Shown: in pieces, positions 50,001 to 62,029 of the stretch
Position numbering within the stretch: position 1 is the first letter of the stretch
Layout: each line of letters opens with the position of its first letter
Assembly (NCBI RefSeq): GCF_963921235.1
Contig: NC_086097.1
Location: 202,184,001-202,248,000 of the forward strand
Origin: Mobula hypostoma
Lineage: Eukaryota
DNA length: 64,000 bases
Direction: 5' to 3'
Notes under the pieces: model-generated
Told to the model about the DNA's origin: nothing
The model's database searches: none
The model's input: only the letters and a program-made list of their open reading frames with translations
Translations under genes and position numbers: made by a program

Positions 50001-50769
50001 TACTGACAGTCACTATCTGAAATAAGATGGTACTATGATATACTTTACAGAGTTGCAGCCACACAGCTCCGCCTGCCTGTGTTCAGTTGGTAGAATCTTG
50101 GTTGGGAGGCAGTTTGGGGAAAGTTTGTAGGGAAAATTAAAGGCATGAATGTAACTTCTTGTACGTGAGTAATTAATGATGAGAGAGGATTCAAAGGGTA
50201 TGTTTACAATCTGTATAACTGTAACTATTGTCCATGGACCAGGCCATTCTATGCTTATGACAAGTTTTATAATTTTATAAGTTTTATTAATTATTGCTTG
50301 CTCCAAAATAATTAGCGCCTGACTGTCATTTTTCCTCCTTGGGTTGTCCATCTTATTTCTTTAAGCACAACCACTGTAAATATGTGCATAATAGTTGGTA
50401 GGGATTTGAACCAAACAGTCAACTGCTTGACCTGCTGAGAGCATTTAGTAGGTCAGGCAGCATCTGTGGAAAAGTGTTAGTATTTTGCATTAAAACCCCT
50501 TAGTCTGTTCTGACCTGTGAGGTGAATAAAATGGTATTAACATACGCTCAATGTAAATGGATGTTAGATGGTCAGCATGGAATTATTAGACCAAAGGGCC
50601 TGTACTTGTACTGAATGACTCTCATGTGGTATGAAGCTCATGTTTTCCAAAAGCCTAAATCTTTTAAGGTTCTTCTGCAATCTGTTAGGGGCTCATTCAT
50701 TAGCATAAGAACTAGACATTAATTTATGAAGTTAATGAAGTGGTTGAAGATAGTGATGCTAGGATTACG

Positions 50770-50935
50770 TAAACACAAGCGATTCAGCAGATGATGCAGA
50801 TAAATAATGCACATAGAATGCTGGAAAGAGTCAACAGGTCAGGCAGCATCTATGGAGAGGAATAAGCAGTTGACATTTCAGGCCAAGACCTCAAAGAGTT
50901 TTGGCCTGAAATACCAATGACTTACTCCTTTCTAT
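50770..50935. repeat. Back-to-back Penelope tail remnants
   Basis: Minus tail ends tttcaggccaagac and is followed by plus gttttggcctgaaa. Confidence 0.55.
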
Positions 50936-51464
50936 TTGATATCTTACACTTTGATGGTAGTGGGTTCCAATCCTGTTATGTATGATGCAAAGTATTTTCC
51001 TTGTAATCTAATATAATGAAGTAAAGATAGACTGTAGAAATAAAAATTTGTGGATTAATTAGCCAGTAATTTAATATTAACCTCACATACTAATTCATGA
51101 TGGAGGCTCACATGTATTAAGGGGTGATATTGATGTTAGAATACTTAGATAAAAATAGGCTAGTGATCATTTTGTTGATACTGCTAAATATTAGTGTGCT
51201 GATGGGTGTTCAACGTTTTTGTTAGCTTGTCAAGCAAGCACTGCACAACCTTGATGATCCTGCTGACCTTCATGAATTTGGTGCCCTCAAGGTCCATCCT
51301 CTCAGATCACTTCAGCTAAATCTTTTGCAGTTGAAAGCTTTTGATAACTCACTTTCAGATGATTCATCTTTGTGGGTTTGTGCAGTGATATTTTGAGTCT
51401 TCAATTCTAAATCTTATCTCAAGTGAGAATCGAATTTTACATTTTAAAAAGTGAGTCATCGAGA

Positions 51465-52395
51465 CCTAGAAAAGTACAGCATAGTAACAGGTCCTTCAGC
51501 CCATCTAGTCCATGCAGAACCATTTAAATTTGCTATCCTATTGACCTGCACCGGGACCATAGCCTTCCTTACCCCTACCATCCATGTACCTATCTAAACT
51601 TCTCTTAAACTTTGAAATCGATCTGGCATGCACCACTTGCGCTGGCACCTCATTCCACACTCTCATGCCCCTCTCAGTGAAGAACTTTCCCTCATGTTTC
51701 CCTTAAACTTTTCAGCTTTCACCCTTAACCCAACCTCAGTGGAAAACACCTGCTTACATTTACCCTTTCTATACGCCTCGTCATTTTATATAGCTCTGTC
51801 AAATCTCCTCTCAATCTTCTAAGTTCTGAAGAATACAGTTCTAACCTATTCAATCTTTCCTTATAACTCAGGTCTTACGGTCCCGGCAACAACTTTGTAA
51901 ATTTTCTCTGTACTCTTTCAACTTTTTTACATCCTTCCTGTAGATAGATGACCAAAACTGCACACAATACTCCAAATTAGGCCTCACTGACACGTTATAC
52001 AACTGCAACATAATATTCCATCTCCTGTACTCTATACATTAGTTATGAAGCCCACTGTACCAAAAGCTTTCTTTACAACCCTATCTACCTGTGACACCAC
52101 TTTCAATGGATTATCTACCTATATCCCCAGATCCCTTTGTTCTGCCACACTCCACAGTGCTCCACCATTCATTGTGTAAGACATACCCTGGTTGGTCCTC
52201 TTGAAGTGCAACACCTCGCACTTGTCTGCATTAAAATCCATCTGCCATTTTTCAGCCCAGTTTTTCAGTTGGTCCTGATCTCACTGCAAGGCATAATAGT
52301 CCTCCCTGCTGTCCACGACACCACTAATTTCAGTGTCATCTGCAAATTTGCTGATCCATTTAACTACATTATCAACCAGATTGTTGATACAGATG
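51465..52395 (-). mobile_element. CR1 3' fragment
   Basis: WISKFADDTEISGVVDS on the minus strand; tail motif agtacagcatagtaacaggtccttcagccca. Confidence 0.85.
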
Positions 52396-52644
52396 ATGTA
52401 GATCAGTATTTTGTAAACCTGTACTATTGACCTGCTGAATTCCTCCAGCACTTTTATGTTACTGTGAATTTTCTGTTTGTGCAAAGCAGTCTATATTGAT
52501 TTTGTGAATTTATCTGAGGTTGGTTTTTACTCCATATTTGGACAATTGGGGTCCAATGACACTAGTTTCCATTATCCATCCACATACTGTACTGTGTAAG
52601 GTGACTGTCATGCTAATTTAGGATAATTTCATATGTTGGAATAG

Positions 52645-53220
52645 TGTTACCTCTCCCATGAGTATCTTGTGAGCATGATGTAATTGTCTTGTGATATTGG
52701 CATGATGTAATTGTCCTGATAGCGGGGTGATGTGATGTCATGTAATGGCATGTTCCATCCGGTATAAAAGGGGAGACCGTAGCTTGTTGTGTAGTTGTTG
52801 TTTTGTTGGGGAGTCACAGTCGGTGGTTGGGTCTTGGGTGTTGTGTGGTGACCACCTCCAGCGAAAGGTCAGAAGCTGTGAGAAATCTTATTCTTTGTGA
52901 TCTCTTCGGACAAGACAATTCTCGGCTGGGATCTGTGTCAGCTTTTCTTCATCGCTGGTTCGGGAAGTCTCTCCTCTCACTTATTTCATAAATCACTTGA
53001 ACTCTTTGAACTACCACCTTAAGACTGTGTTTGAGTAAGATCTGTTAAGAATTGTCTTTAAATTCGACTGTTTGATAACTAAAAATGCATAACTGTTAAC
53101 TTCCATTTAAGTTAGTCATTTGTTTACTTTTCTATGTTTTTGAGTAGAGGTTAATAAATTTTGTTGTTTATTTATTAAAAAAAACGACTATTTCATATCT
53201 ATTGCTGCTGGTGCATAACA
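52645..53220 (+). mobile_element. Solo LTR (576 bp)
   Basis: TGTTA...TAACA termini; flanks ATAG/GTAG (4-bp TSD, one mismatch); TATAAAA at ~52763; AATAAA at ~53153; repeated tgatgtaattgtc motifs in U3. Confidence 0.82.
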
Positions 53221-53424
53221 GTAGAAACTAAAAACCTTATTGGGGACAACTCAGAAATTTGTTTCTGAAAAGTTCAGCTTTGTCTTTGGATAGATGAGGT
53301 GTTAGATAAGTGAAGGTGAGGTGGTTGGGGGTCAAGTGAGTGGAGATTTCAGCTGTAAAGTCAGGATGAGATTTAATTAAGAAGGAGTACAAGAGATTGC
53401 CAATGCAGGAATCGAAAGCAACAA

Positions 53425-53585
53425 CCAATCTGCTGGAGGAATTGAGTGAATTGACCGGCATCTATGTCCTGAAGCATCTGAGTTCTTATGCACGGTTCAA
53501 CCAGAAACATCAACAGTTCCTCCTCCAGGACCCTGTACTCCCACACCAGAGATGCTGTTTGACCTGCTGAGTTTTTCTGGCAGAT
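53425..53585. repeat. Back-to-back degraded Penelope tails
   Basis: ctgctggaggaattgag...gcatct and agatgctgtttgacctgctgagtttttctggcag are inverted relatives. Confidence 0.5.
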
Positions 53586-54291
53586 GGTTTTTACATGAGA
53601 ATAATTAATCTCTTTCCTGCCTAATTCATATTTAACAATCTCTTCAGAACAGCTCACATTGGCTTGTTGTACCAAAGTACCTTTTTACCGGCCTGACACA
53701 TTATTTAAACTGTTAAAAAGGCATGAGTTCTGCCAGTAATGAAATTACATGAGTAAATACCTAAATTCAGTCAATTAATCCTGCTGACATGCTTGCTGTG
53801 TTTTGACCAAAATGAATGGCTTGCAATTTCATTGTACTTTTGCCTAAATCATATTATTCATAGTGTAGCGAATCTTGGAGACTTGAAAGAGAATGTCGAT
53901 AGGAATATTTCATTAATTTTTTGGAGTCTACAGATATTAAAAACATACATAAAGGATCAGGCTCATTACAGCTCTTAATTTAAAATAAAATAGTAAGATC
54001 ACAACCTTATTAATTCCAATATGTTTTGTTGATTTGTTTATTTTGCTTCTTCTTTACGAGTAACATCACCTGATTACATTATAGTGTAATATGCTTGAAT
54101 TTGTGTTTTAATTCATTTTTCTCCTTAATTTTCTTTAATTTCTTACCATGAAATCTTTATCCTTCTATTTATCTGTCCATATTTCTGTAATTTCATGGTT
54201 TAAAAAAAAACAATTCTATTAAGTGATTTGTTGATTATTTGGGTGCTTAATTCTTGATGACATTGTGTGCAGAATTATTGATAATTGAATT

Positions 54292-56908
54292 AAACATAGA
54301 AACATAGAAAATAGGTGCAGGATTAGGCCATTCTGCCCTTCGAGCCTGCACCGCCATTCAGTATGATCATGGCTGATCATCCAACTCAGAACCCTGCACC
54401 AGCCTTCCCTCCATACCCCCTGATCCCTTTAGCCACAAGGGCCATATCTAACTCCCTCTTAAATATAGCCAATGAACTGGCCTCAACTGTTTCCTGTGGC
54501 AGAGAATTCCACAGATTCACCACTCTGTGTGAAGAAGTTTTTCCTCATCTCGGTCCTAAAAGGCTTCCCCTTTATCCTCAAACTGTGGCCCCTCGTTCTG
54601 GACTTCCCCAACATCAGGAACAATCTTCCTGCATCTAGCCTGTCCAATCCCTTTAGGATTTTATATGTTTCAATCAGATCCCCCCTCAATCTTCTAAATT
54701 CCAACAAGTATAAGCCTAGTTCATCCAGTCTTTCATCATATGAAAGTCCTGCCATCGCAGGAATCAATCTGGTGAACCTTCTTTGTACTCCCTCTATAGC
54801 AAGGATGTCTTTCCTCAGATTAGGGGACCAAAACTGCACACAATACTCCAGGTGTGGTCTCACCAAGGCCTTGTACAACTGCAGTAGTACCTCCCTGCTC
54901 CTGTACTCGAATCCTCTTGCTATAAATGCCAGCATACCATTCGCCTTTTTCACCGCCTGCTGTACCTGCATGCCCACTTTCAATGACTGGTGTATAATGA
55001 CACCCAGGTCTCATTGCACCTCCCCTTTTCCTAATTGGCTACCATTCAGGTAATAATCTGTTTTCCTGTTTTTGCCACCAAAGTGGATAAGCTCACATTT
55101 ATCCGCATTAAATTGCATCTGCCATGAATTTTCCCACTCAGCTAACCTATCCAAGTCACCCTGCATCCTCTTAGCATCCTCCTCACAGCTAACACTGCCG
55201 CCCAGCTTCGTGTCGTCCACAAACTTGGCGATGCTGCATTTAATTCCCTCATCCAAGTCATTAATATATATTGTAAACAACTGGGGTCCCAGCACTGAGC
55301 CTTGCGGTACCCCACTAGTCACTGCCTGCCATTCTGAAAAGGTCCCGTTTATTCCCACTCTTTGCTTCCTGTCTGCCAACCAACTCTCTATCCACATCAA
55401 TACCTTACCCCCAACGCCGTATGCTTTAAGTTTGCACACTAATCTCCTGTGTGGGACCTTGTCAAAAGCCTTTTGAAAATCCAAATATACCACATCCACT
55501 GGTTCTCCCCTATCCACTCTACTAGTTACATCCTCAAAAAATTCTGTGAGATTCGTCAGACATGATTTTCCTTTCACAAATCCATGCTGACTTTGTCTGA
55601 TGATATCACTGCTTTCCAAATGTGCTATTATCACATCTTTGATAACTGACTCTAGCAGTTTCCCCACCACCGATGTTAGGCTAACCGTTCTATAATTCCC
55701 TGGTTTCTCTCTCCCTCCTTTTTTAAAAAGTGGGGTTACATTTGCCACCCTCCAATCCTCAGGAACTAGTCCAGAATCTAAAGAGTTTTGAAAAATTATC
55801 ACTAATGCATCCACTATTTCTTGGGCTACTTCCTTAAGCACTCTGGGATGCAGACCATCTGGCCCTGGGGATTTATCTGCCTTTAATCCCTTCAATTTAC
55901 CTAACACCACTTCCCTACTAACATGTATTTCCCTCAGTTCCTCCATCTCACTGGACCCTCTGTCCCCTACTATTTCGGGAAGATTATTTATGTCCTCCTT
56001 AGTGAAGACAGAACCAAAGTAGTTATTCAATTGGTCTGCCATGTCCTTGCTCCCCATAATCAATTCACCTGTTTCTGTCTGTAGGGGACCTACATTTGTC
56101 TTAACCAATCTTTTTCTTTTCACATATCTATAAAAGCTTTTACAGTCAGTTTTTATGTTCCCTGCCAGTTTTTTCTCATAATCTTTTTTCCCCTTCCTAA
56201 TTAAGCCCTTTGTCCTCCTCTGCTGAACTCTGAATTTCTCCCAGTCCTCAGGTGAGCCACTTTTTCTGGCTAATTTATATGCTTCTGCTTTGGAATTGAT
56301 ACTATCCCTAATTTCCCTTGTCAGCCACGGGTGCACTACTTTCCTTGATTTATTCTTTTGCCAAACTGGGATGAACAATTGTTGTAGTTCATCCATGCGA
56401 TCTTTAAATGCTTGCCATTGCATATCCACCGTCAACCCTTTAAGTGTCATTCGCCAGTCTATCTTAGCTAATTCACGTCTCATACCTTCAAAATTGCCCC
56501 TCTTTAAGTTCAGAACCTTTGTTTCTGAATTAACTATGTCACTCTCCATCTTAATGAAGAATTCCACCATATTATGGTCACTCTTACCCAAGAGGCCTCT
56601 CACGACAAGATTGCTAATTAACCCTTCCTCATTGCTCAATACCCAGTCTAGAATAGCCTGCTCTCTAGTTGGTTCCTCGACATGTTGGTTCAGAAAACCA
56701 TCCCGCATACATTCTAAGAAATCCTCTTCCTCAGCACCCTTACCAATTTGGTTCACCCAATCTCCATGTAGATTGAAGTCACCCATTATAACTGCTGTTC
56801 CTTTATTGCACACATTTCTAATTTCCTGTTTAATACCATCCCCAACCTCACTACTACTGTTAGGTGGCCTGTACACAATTCCCACCAGCGTTTTCTGCCC
56901 TTTAGTGT
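54292..56908 (-). mobile_element. Young CR1 LINE, 5'-truncated within the endonuclease
   Basis: 624-aa ORF ([44 protein letters not shown]) continues in frame past one TGA into 54483..54983; tail (TTTCTATG)2. Confidence 0.97.
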
Positions 56909-57509
56909 TATGCAGTGAATCCTCTTCTGCTGAAATTCACTCCAGTTGATATTTTTTCCCTGTATTTACTTTCTCTTTTTTCAACCTTATTACAATGTCC
57001 AATTATCTTTTAACCTTCTGATCTGTGAATTAGCTGCTTCAAAGACATCTGAATATGCATATTCTGTTTACAGATTTTAACTGATGTGGTACTGTATCTC
57101 TGGCATTTGCTGTGCTTTTCTCTTTTACTTATTTGACAATATTCTGTTTTTCACCGTCCACTCAGTATTTCTGGTAATTGGCCCCTTGAGAACAAACTTG
57201 ACCTTTCTTTCATAGTCAGTAGCTAGCAAAGGCATGGTGAGCATTTGCTTGAATTATAAGGCATCTGAATCTAAACTTTCTCTAGTAGAGGTATCAGCTT
57301 GAAGGTGAAGTTGTTTCTCAGCGTATTAAATTTGAATGTTAAATTGCATTTGATCTTTTGTAGGTGTTGGATATGTATATAGGTTTTGAAGGTATTTCTT
57401 TCCACCTATTTGCTGAGAAATCATTGTGGGTATATTCTAACAGCTCTCAACAAAATTATCGAAGTAATCACACATAGCCCTTGTCAAGATAATTTGCCAA
57501 TGATTGGAG

Positions 57510-57660
57510 CTATGGGCAGAGCGGAGTAGAGATGCTGTCCTTCAGCTTCAGCAATCTAGGTTCAATTCTGTCTTGCAGAACTGTCTTTGTGGAATTTGCA
57601 CATTCTCCCTGTGATTGCATAGGTAACTCTCTGTGTGCTCTAGTTTATTCCTATGTGTCA
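57510..57660 (+). mobile_element. Degraded tRNA-derived SINE fragment
   Basis: B-box-like ggttcaattc, followed by tgtggaatttgcacattctccctgtg typical of fish SINE bodies. Confidence 0.45.
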
Positions 57661-58184
57661 AAAAAATTAGCTCTTGCATCCTTACAAGGATCCCCCCTCA
57701 ACAGATTTCAGTGGAGATTGTTCTGGCTATGAGGGTAGAAAGGCTTAAAAGTAAAGTTCATTTTATCCATTATTTGTATTTTAGCTTGCACTTTTATTTA
57801 TTTAGTTTTTTTAAACTTTATTTTTTAATGTTCTGTTTTTATTTCATTTTTAACAATTGTCAAAGCTAGGGCAAAGCTTTGCCAGCTGGTGAGCTGTTAA
57901 GGTGTTGGGGCTTCTTTACTAACTTGATTGAGGTCCTTCTGTCACTCCAAGGCTGATAGTTGAAGTAAGATGGGTTCTTCTCATCTGATCTGGGCAAGTT
58001 TGGGAATGGGGAAATGGCAACAAGGTAAATGTTACTGTCTTTTGATATTAATTCAGTAAGGAAAACATGGAGACACGTATCTTTAATTGATTGCATGGGT
58101 AGAGAATGGGAAATTACAAGTTAGCCTCTGAAAAGTGATGTGGGGATTGTGATGTACCTCCTGTTGCCTATTTCTTGTGTTCAG

Positions 58185-58772
58185 TTACACTTACCTCCAC
58201 TCTGAAGAAGTGCTTTGGGAATTTGGTCATGGCCAGAATTATCTCCTGCCTCAACAAGGACCTGGACCCGCCACAATCTGGCTATCGCCACAATAGGTCT
58301 GCAGCAGATGTAGTCTCTCTGGCTGTCCACTCCGCCTTGGATCACCTGGACAATAACAATATCTACATCAGACCGCTGTTTACTGATTACAGTTCAGCGT
58401 TCAACACCATCATACCCTCAGTCCTAACCAACCAGCTCCAAAACCTGAGTCTCTGTACCTCCCTCTGCAACCGGATCCTTGATTTCCTCATCAGGAGACC
58501 ATAGTTTATGCAGGTTAGAAATAACATCTCCTCACTGACAGTCTACACTAGTACACCCCCAGGATGTGTGCTTAGCCCACTGTTCTACTCTTTCTACACC
58601 CGTGACTATGTGACTAGGCATGACTCAAAAGGCTTTTACAAATTTACCAATAACACAGCTATTGCTGGCATAATTTTAGTGATGACGAGGCATATAGGAG
58701 TGAGATAGATCAGCTGGTTGAGTGGTGTCCAAGAACGACATTGACTCAACATCAGTAAGACCAAAGAATTGA
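58185..58772 (+). mobile_element. Rex1/Babar-like LINE, left part
   Basis: DLDPPQSGYRHNRSAAD, DYSSAFNTI, PPGCVLSPLFY, LNISKTKEL. Confidence 0.85.
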
Positions 58773-58839
58773 CCAAAGATTAATAGCCACGGTATCTGCA
58801 TAGGCCCAAGCTTTGCCTGCCCTTTCATTGACTCTGCTG

Positions 58840-59615
58840 TGTACATACATCTATTGATGCTTCTGGACACATCTTCAGTGATGTTCCTGGAATCATCGGG
58901 TGTTTTGGGTCTTTCAACATCATACACCCTCCTCCAGGTGACCCAGCCGTGGCTGATCAGACCCCAGCTTGTGTACAGATGGCTAGCTACTTATGACTCC
59001 ATGGCTCCCCTCTTTTGAGCCACAGCCATCTTGAGGCCCTCTCTGCCGCATCGGTGGTACTGCGGATGGCTCTCCTCTTCCTCTCTCCCTCGATGCCCAA
59101 AATGCTGAAGGCTCTAACTAAAGAACGGGCTACGAATCCCCTACAACCAACCTCCACTGGGCATGGCTTGCAGCTTCCTATCAACCCCTCCCTTCGCCGT
59201 TGCCTCCAGAATTTGGTTAACATCTTCATCAAACTGCTTCCACAGTGAAGTCATGTTAGCTGCAGGCCATTTGATCCGCCTCCTGTTAGACTTCATGTTA
59301 GAGAGATTAGTTTGCAACACTTGGAGGTTCCGGGCACTATGGGGTGACTCCGGATCTGGCCCCTCCTTCGTCTCACCAGGTTGGACACCTGCGCGTTGTG
59401 CTGCTCCTGCTCCCGCCAAACACTTCATCCTCACTTGGTGGATCTTCAAGCCATGATCGTTCTTGCAGATTTTGCCACATGCACACTGCTTCCTCATCAT
59501 CGTTCGTTTGTTTCCTGGGTCTGATGACATTGTGGCCATCCGACTAGGGTGCTCATCCTCCCCCCCCCCCGCCCCACTCTTGGGCACCCTGGGGGTATCT
59601 TTTCCTTAGATTCTG
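58840..59615 (-). mobile_element. HERO-like (R2-group, restriction-like endonuclease) non-LTR element, internally deleted
   Basis: N-terminal CACGKICKNDHGLKIHQVRMKC and RRIKWP...WKQFDEDV are joined at ~59161 to C-terminal PVEVGCRGF...AAERASRWLWLKR and a 3' UTR. Confidence 0.82.
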
Positions 59616-61315
59616 TGGAACAGTCCATGTTCCAGCCTTTCTTGGTAATGCTCCCCAGCTCTTCCTCTATTACATTGATGATGCATTGGTGCTGCTTCAT
59701 GCACCCATGCTGAGCTTGTCAACTTCATCAAATTTGCCCCCAACTTCCACCCTGCCCTCAAGTTCACTTGATCCATTTCTGACACCTTCCTCCCCGTTTT
59801 TGATCTCCCTGTCTCCATCTTTGGAGACAAACTATCGACCAACATCTTTTATAAACCTATTTATTCCCACAGTTATTGTGACTTCCCATCCTGTCTCCTG
59901 TAAAAATGCTATTTCCTTTTCTTTGTTCCCTTTATCTCTGCTGCATCTGTGCCAGGGTGCAGATTTTCTAAGACATCAGGGATGTCCTCCTTGTTCAAAG
60001 AACTCAGTATCCCTTGTTCTACTATTGATGCTGCCCTCACCTTCATCTCCTCCATTTCCCAAACATCGCACTCACCCTATCTTCCCGCTGCCTTAACAGT
60101 GACAGAGTTTCTCTTGTTCTTACCTACTACCCCATGATCCTCTGCATTCAAAACATCATAGTTCTGCCATCTCCAAAGGAATCCTTTACCTCCTCCCCTC
60201 ACTCCACTTTCCGTAGGGATTGCTCCTTCCCTGATTCCCTTATCCATTTGTCCCTCCACACTAATCTCCCTCTTGACACTTATCCCTGCAAGCATCCAAT
60301 CTGCTGAGGTTGCCTATTGTGGCGGTGCTCCCAATGCGCCTCCTGTATGTTGGTAAGATCCATTGTAAATTGGGGGCCAGTTTCGTAGAACACCTCTGCT
60401 CCATCTACCGAAAGCAGCCCTTCTCGGTGGCGAAACATTTTAATTCCCATTCCCATTCCTGTTCCGTCATGTCGGTCCATGACCTCTTCTTGTGCCATGA
60501 TGAGGCCATCCTCAGTGTGGAGGAGCAACACCTTGTATTCCATTTGCGTAGCCTCCAAAGTGGTAGCATTTCTGCTTCTCATAATTATTTCCCTCCCCCT
60601 TTCCCTCTTCTTCCCCACTCCAGCCTCTTAACTTTTCTCACCAGTCTATCACCTCTCCCTGGGTCCCTCCTCCTCCACTTTATCCTATGGTCCATTCTTC
60701 TGTTCTATCAGATGCCTTTCTCGCTAGCCATTTACTTTTCCTACCCACCGAGCTTCACCTGTCACCTTCTACCTATCCTCCTTCACCCTCCGATATTCCC
60801 TCTGACTTGTGATTCCAGTGTGCACAAAAATCCTGTACTGTGCAATTTTTTGCTCAGTGGCAACAGCATGTGCATACTGAATAATTTCTTCCATAAAAAT
60901 AGTATAAGTAAGCAAGTTCTATAATCTGCAGGCAAATCATTGCAAACTCCACCTTGTCAACACTGTCCACATCAGAAACCGGTAAAGGAAATGTGATTGT
61001 GTATGATCATGAAATATACTTAACATGCCAACGAGGTAGTGAGTGACAACTTCTTGTGCACAGTTTAAATTCTTTTGTGTGCTTATAGCAAAAGATGTGT
61101 GTGCACGTGCACACACAGACACAGACGCACACACACACACGCACGCACAAGCGTGCACCCCCCCCCACCTTAGAGGGAACATTGAACTGGCATCTTCCCC
61201 CTTCCTTTCTCATCCTGACAAATGGTCTCAGCCCGAAACATCAATTGTTTATTCATTTCCTCAGATGCAGCCTGAGCTGCTGAGTTTTTCCAGCTTTTTG
61301 TGTGTGTTGCTCTGG
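59614..61315 (+). mobile_element. Penelope-like element (RT C-terminus, GIY-YIG, tail), degraded, with a nested MITE
   Basis: VEQSMFQ...YIDD; SHPVSCKNAI; LLYVGK..LGASFVEHL..VAKHFNS..EEQHLVFHLRSLQ; degenerate hammerhead at 61213-61247. Confidence 0.85.
60791..61184. mobile_element. MITE-like non-autonomous DNA element
   Basis: Imperfect 15-bp TIR cgatattccctctga / ttagagggaacattg (12/15 match); contains (CA)n; interrupts the Penelope tail; no TSD seen. Confidence 0.55.
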
Positions 61316-61585
61316 AAAGAATTGATTATGGTCTTGAGGAAGGGGTAGTTGAGGGAACACACACAAGTGCTCATCGAGGAATCAGCTGTGGAAAGGGTGA
61401 GCATTTTCACGTTCCTGGATGTCGACATCTCTGAACATCTGACCTAGTCCCAACATATTGATGTAATTACAAAGAAGGCACAACAGTAGCTATATTTCAT
61501 TAGGAGTTTAAGGAGACTTGGTATCTTACCAAAGTTTCTCACAAATTTCTACCGATGTATGGTGTAGAGCTTTCTGACTGATTGT
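61316..61585 (+). mobile_element. Rex1/Babar-like LINE, right part (continuation of 58185-58772)
   Basis: KELIMVLR...AVERVSIFTFL...KKAQQ.LYFIRSLRRLG...NFYRC resumes exactly after the KTKEL break. Confidence 0.85.
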
Positions 61586-61912
61586 GTTATGCTTTCTAAC
61601 TTCAAAACATTAAACTAATTCAAAGGATGACACGAGTCCAAAATGCGAGGCTTTGTCTTTAAGTGTGGCACACACTTATCATGTGGTAGTGTCATGACAT
61701 ATGGATTTCCAATACATATTGTGTATATATAGGTTGATTAAGCATTCTTGTTCATTTAAATAATTCAATACAAGTTATTTATATATATATATGTTTGTGT
61801 GTATGTATATATATAACTTGTATTGAATTATTTAAATGAACAAGAATGCTTAATCAACCAATATATATATACAAGATTACTCAAATATTACTTAAATATT
61901 AATACACATTAC
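61585..61912 (-). mobile_element. Possible short LTR-like insertion containing a long hairpin
   Basis: Plus strand begins tgtta where the Rex similarity stops; purine tract agggtggag on the minus strand at the other end. Confidence 0.35.
61732..61859. repeat. Perfect 47-bp inverted repeat with a 34-nt TA/TG-rich spacer
   Basis: 61732-61778 is the exact reverse complement of 61813-61859. Confidence 0.95.
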
Positions 61913-62029
61913 TCCACCCTGCTGAGCTGTATCCAACTCAATAGAGAATGCATCTCAACAGTATACACAGTGTACTATATCATACAACTACTATATACAG
62001 ACGTCCACGCACAGTGAATTTTGAATTAT

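Noticed and set aside
56290..56949. 219-aa plus-strand ORF (also 54472..55053 and 55072..55476)
   Set aside because: Antisense shadows of CR1 ORF2.
57510..57660. tRNA gene
   Set aside because: Only a B-box-like motif, no cloverleaf; fits a decayed SINE.
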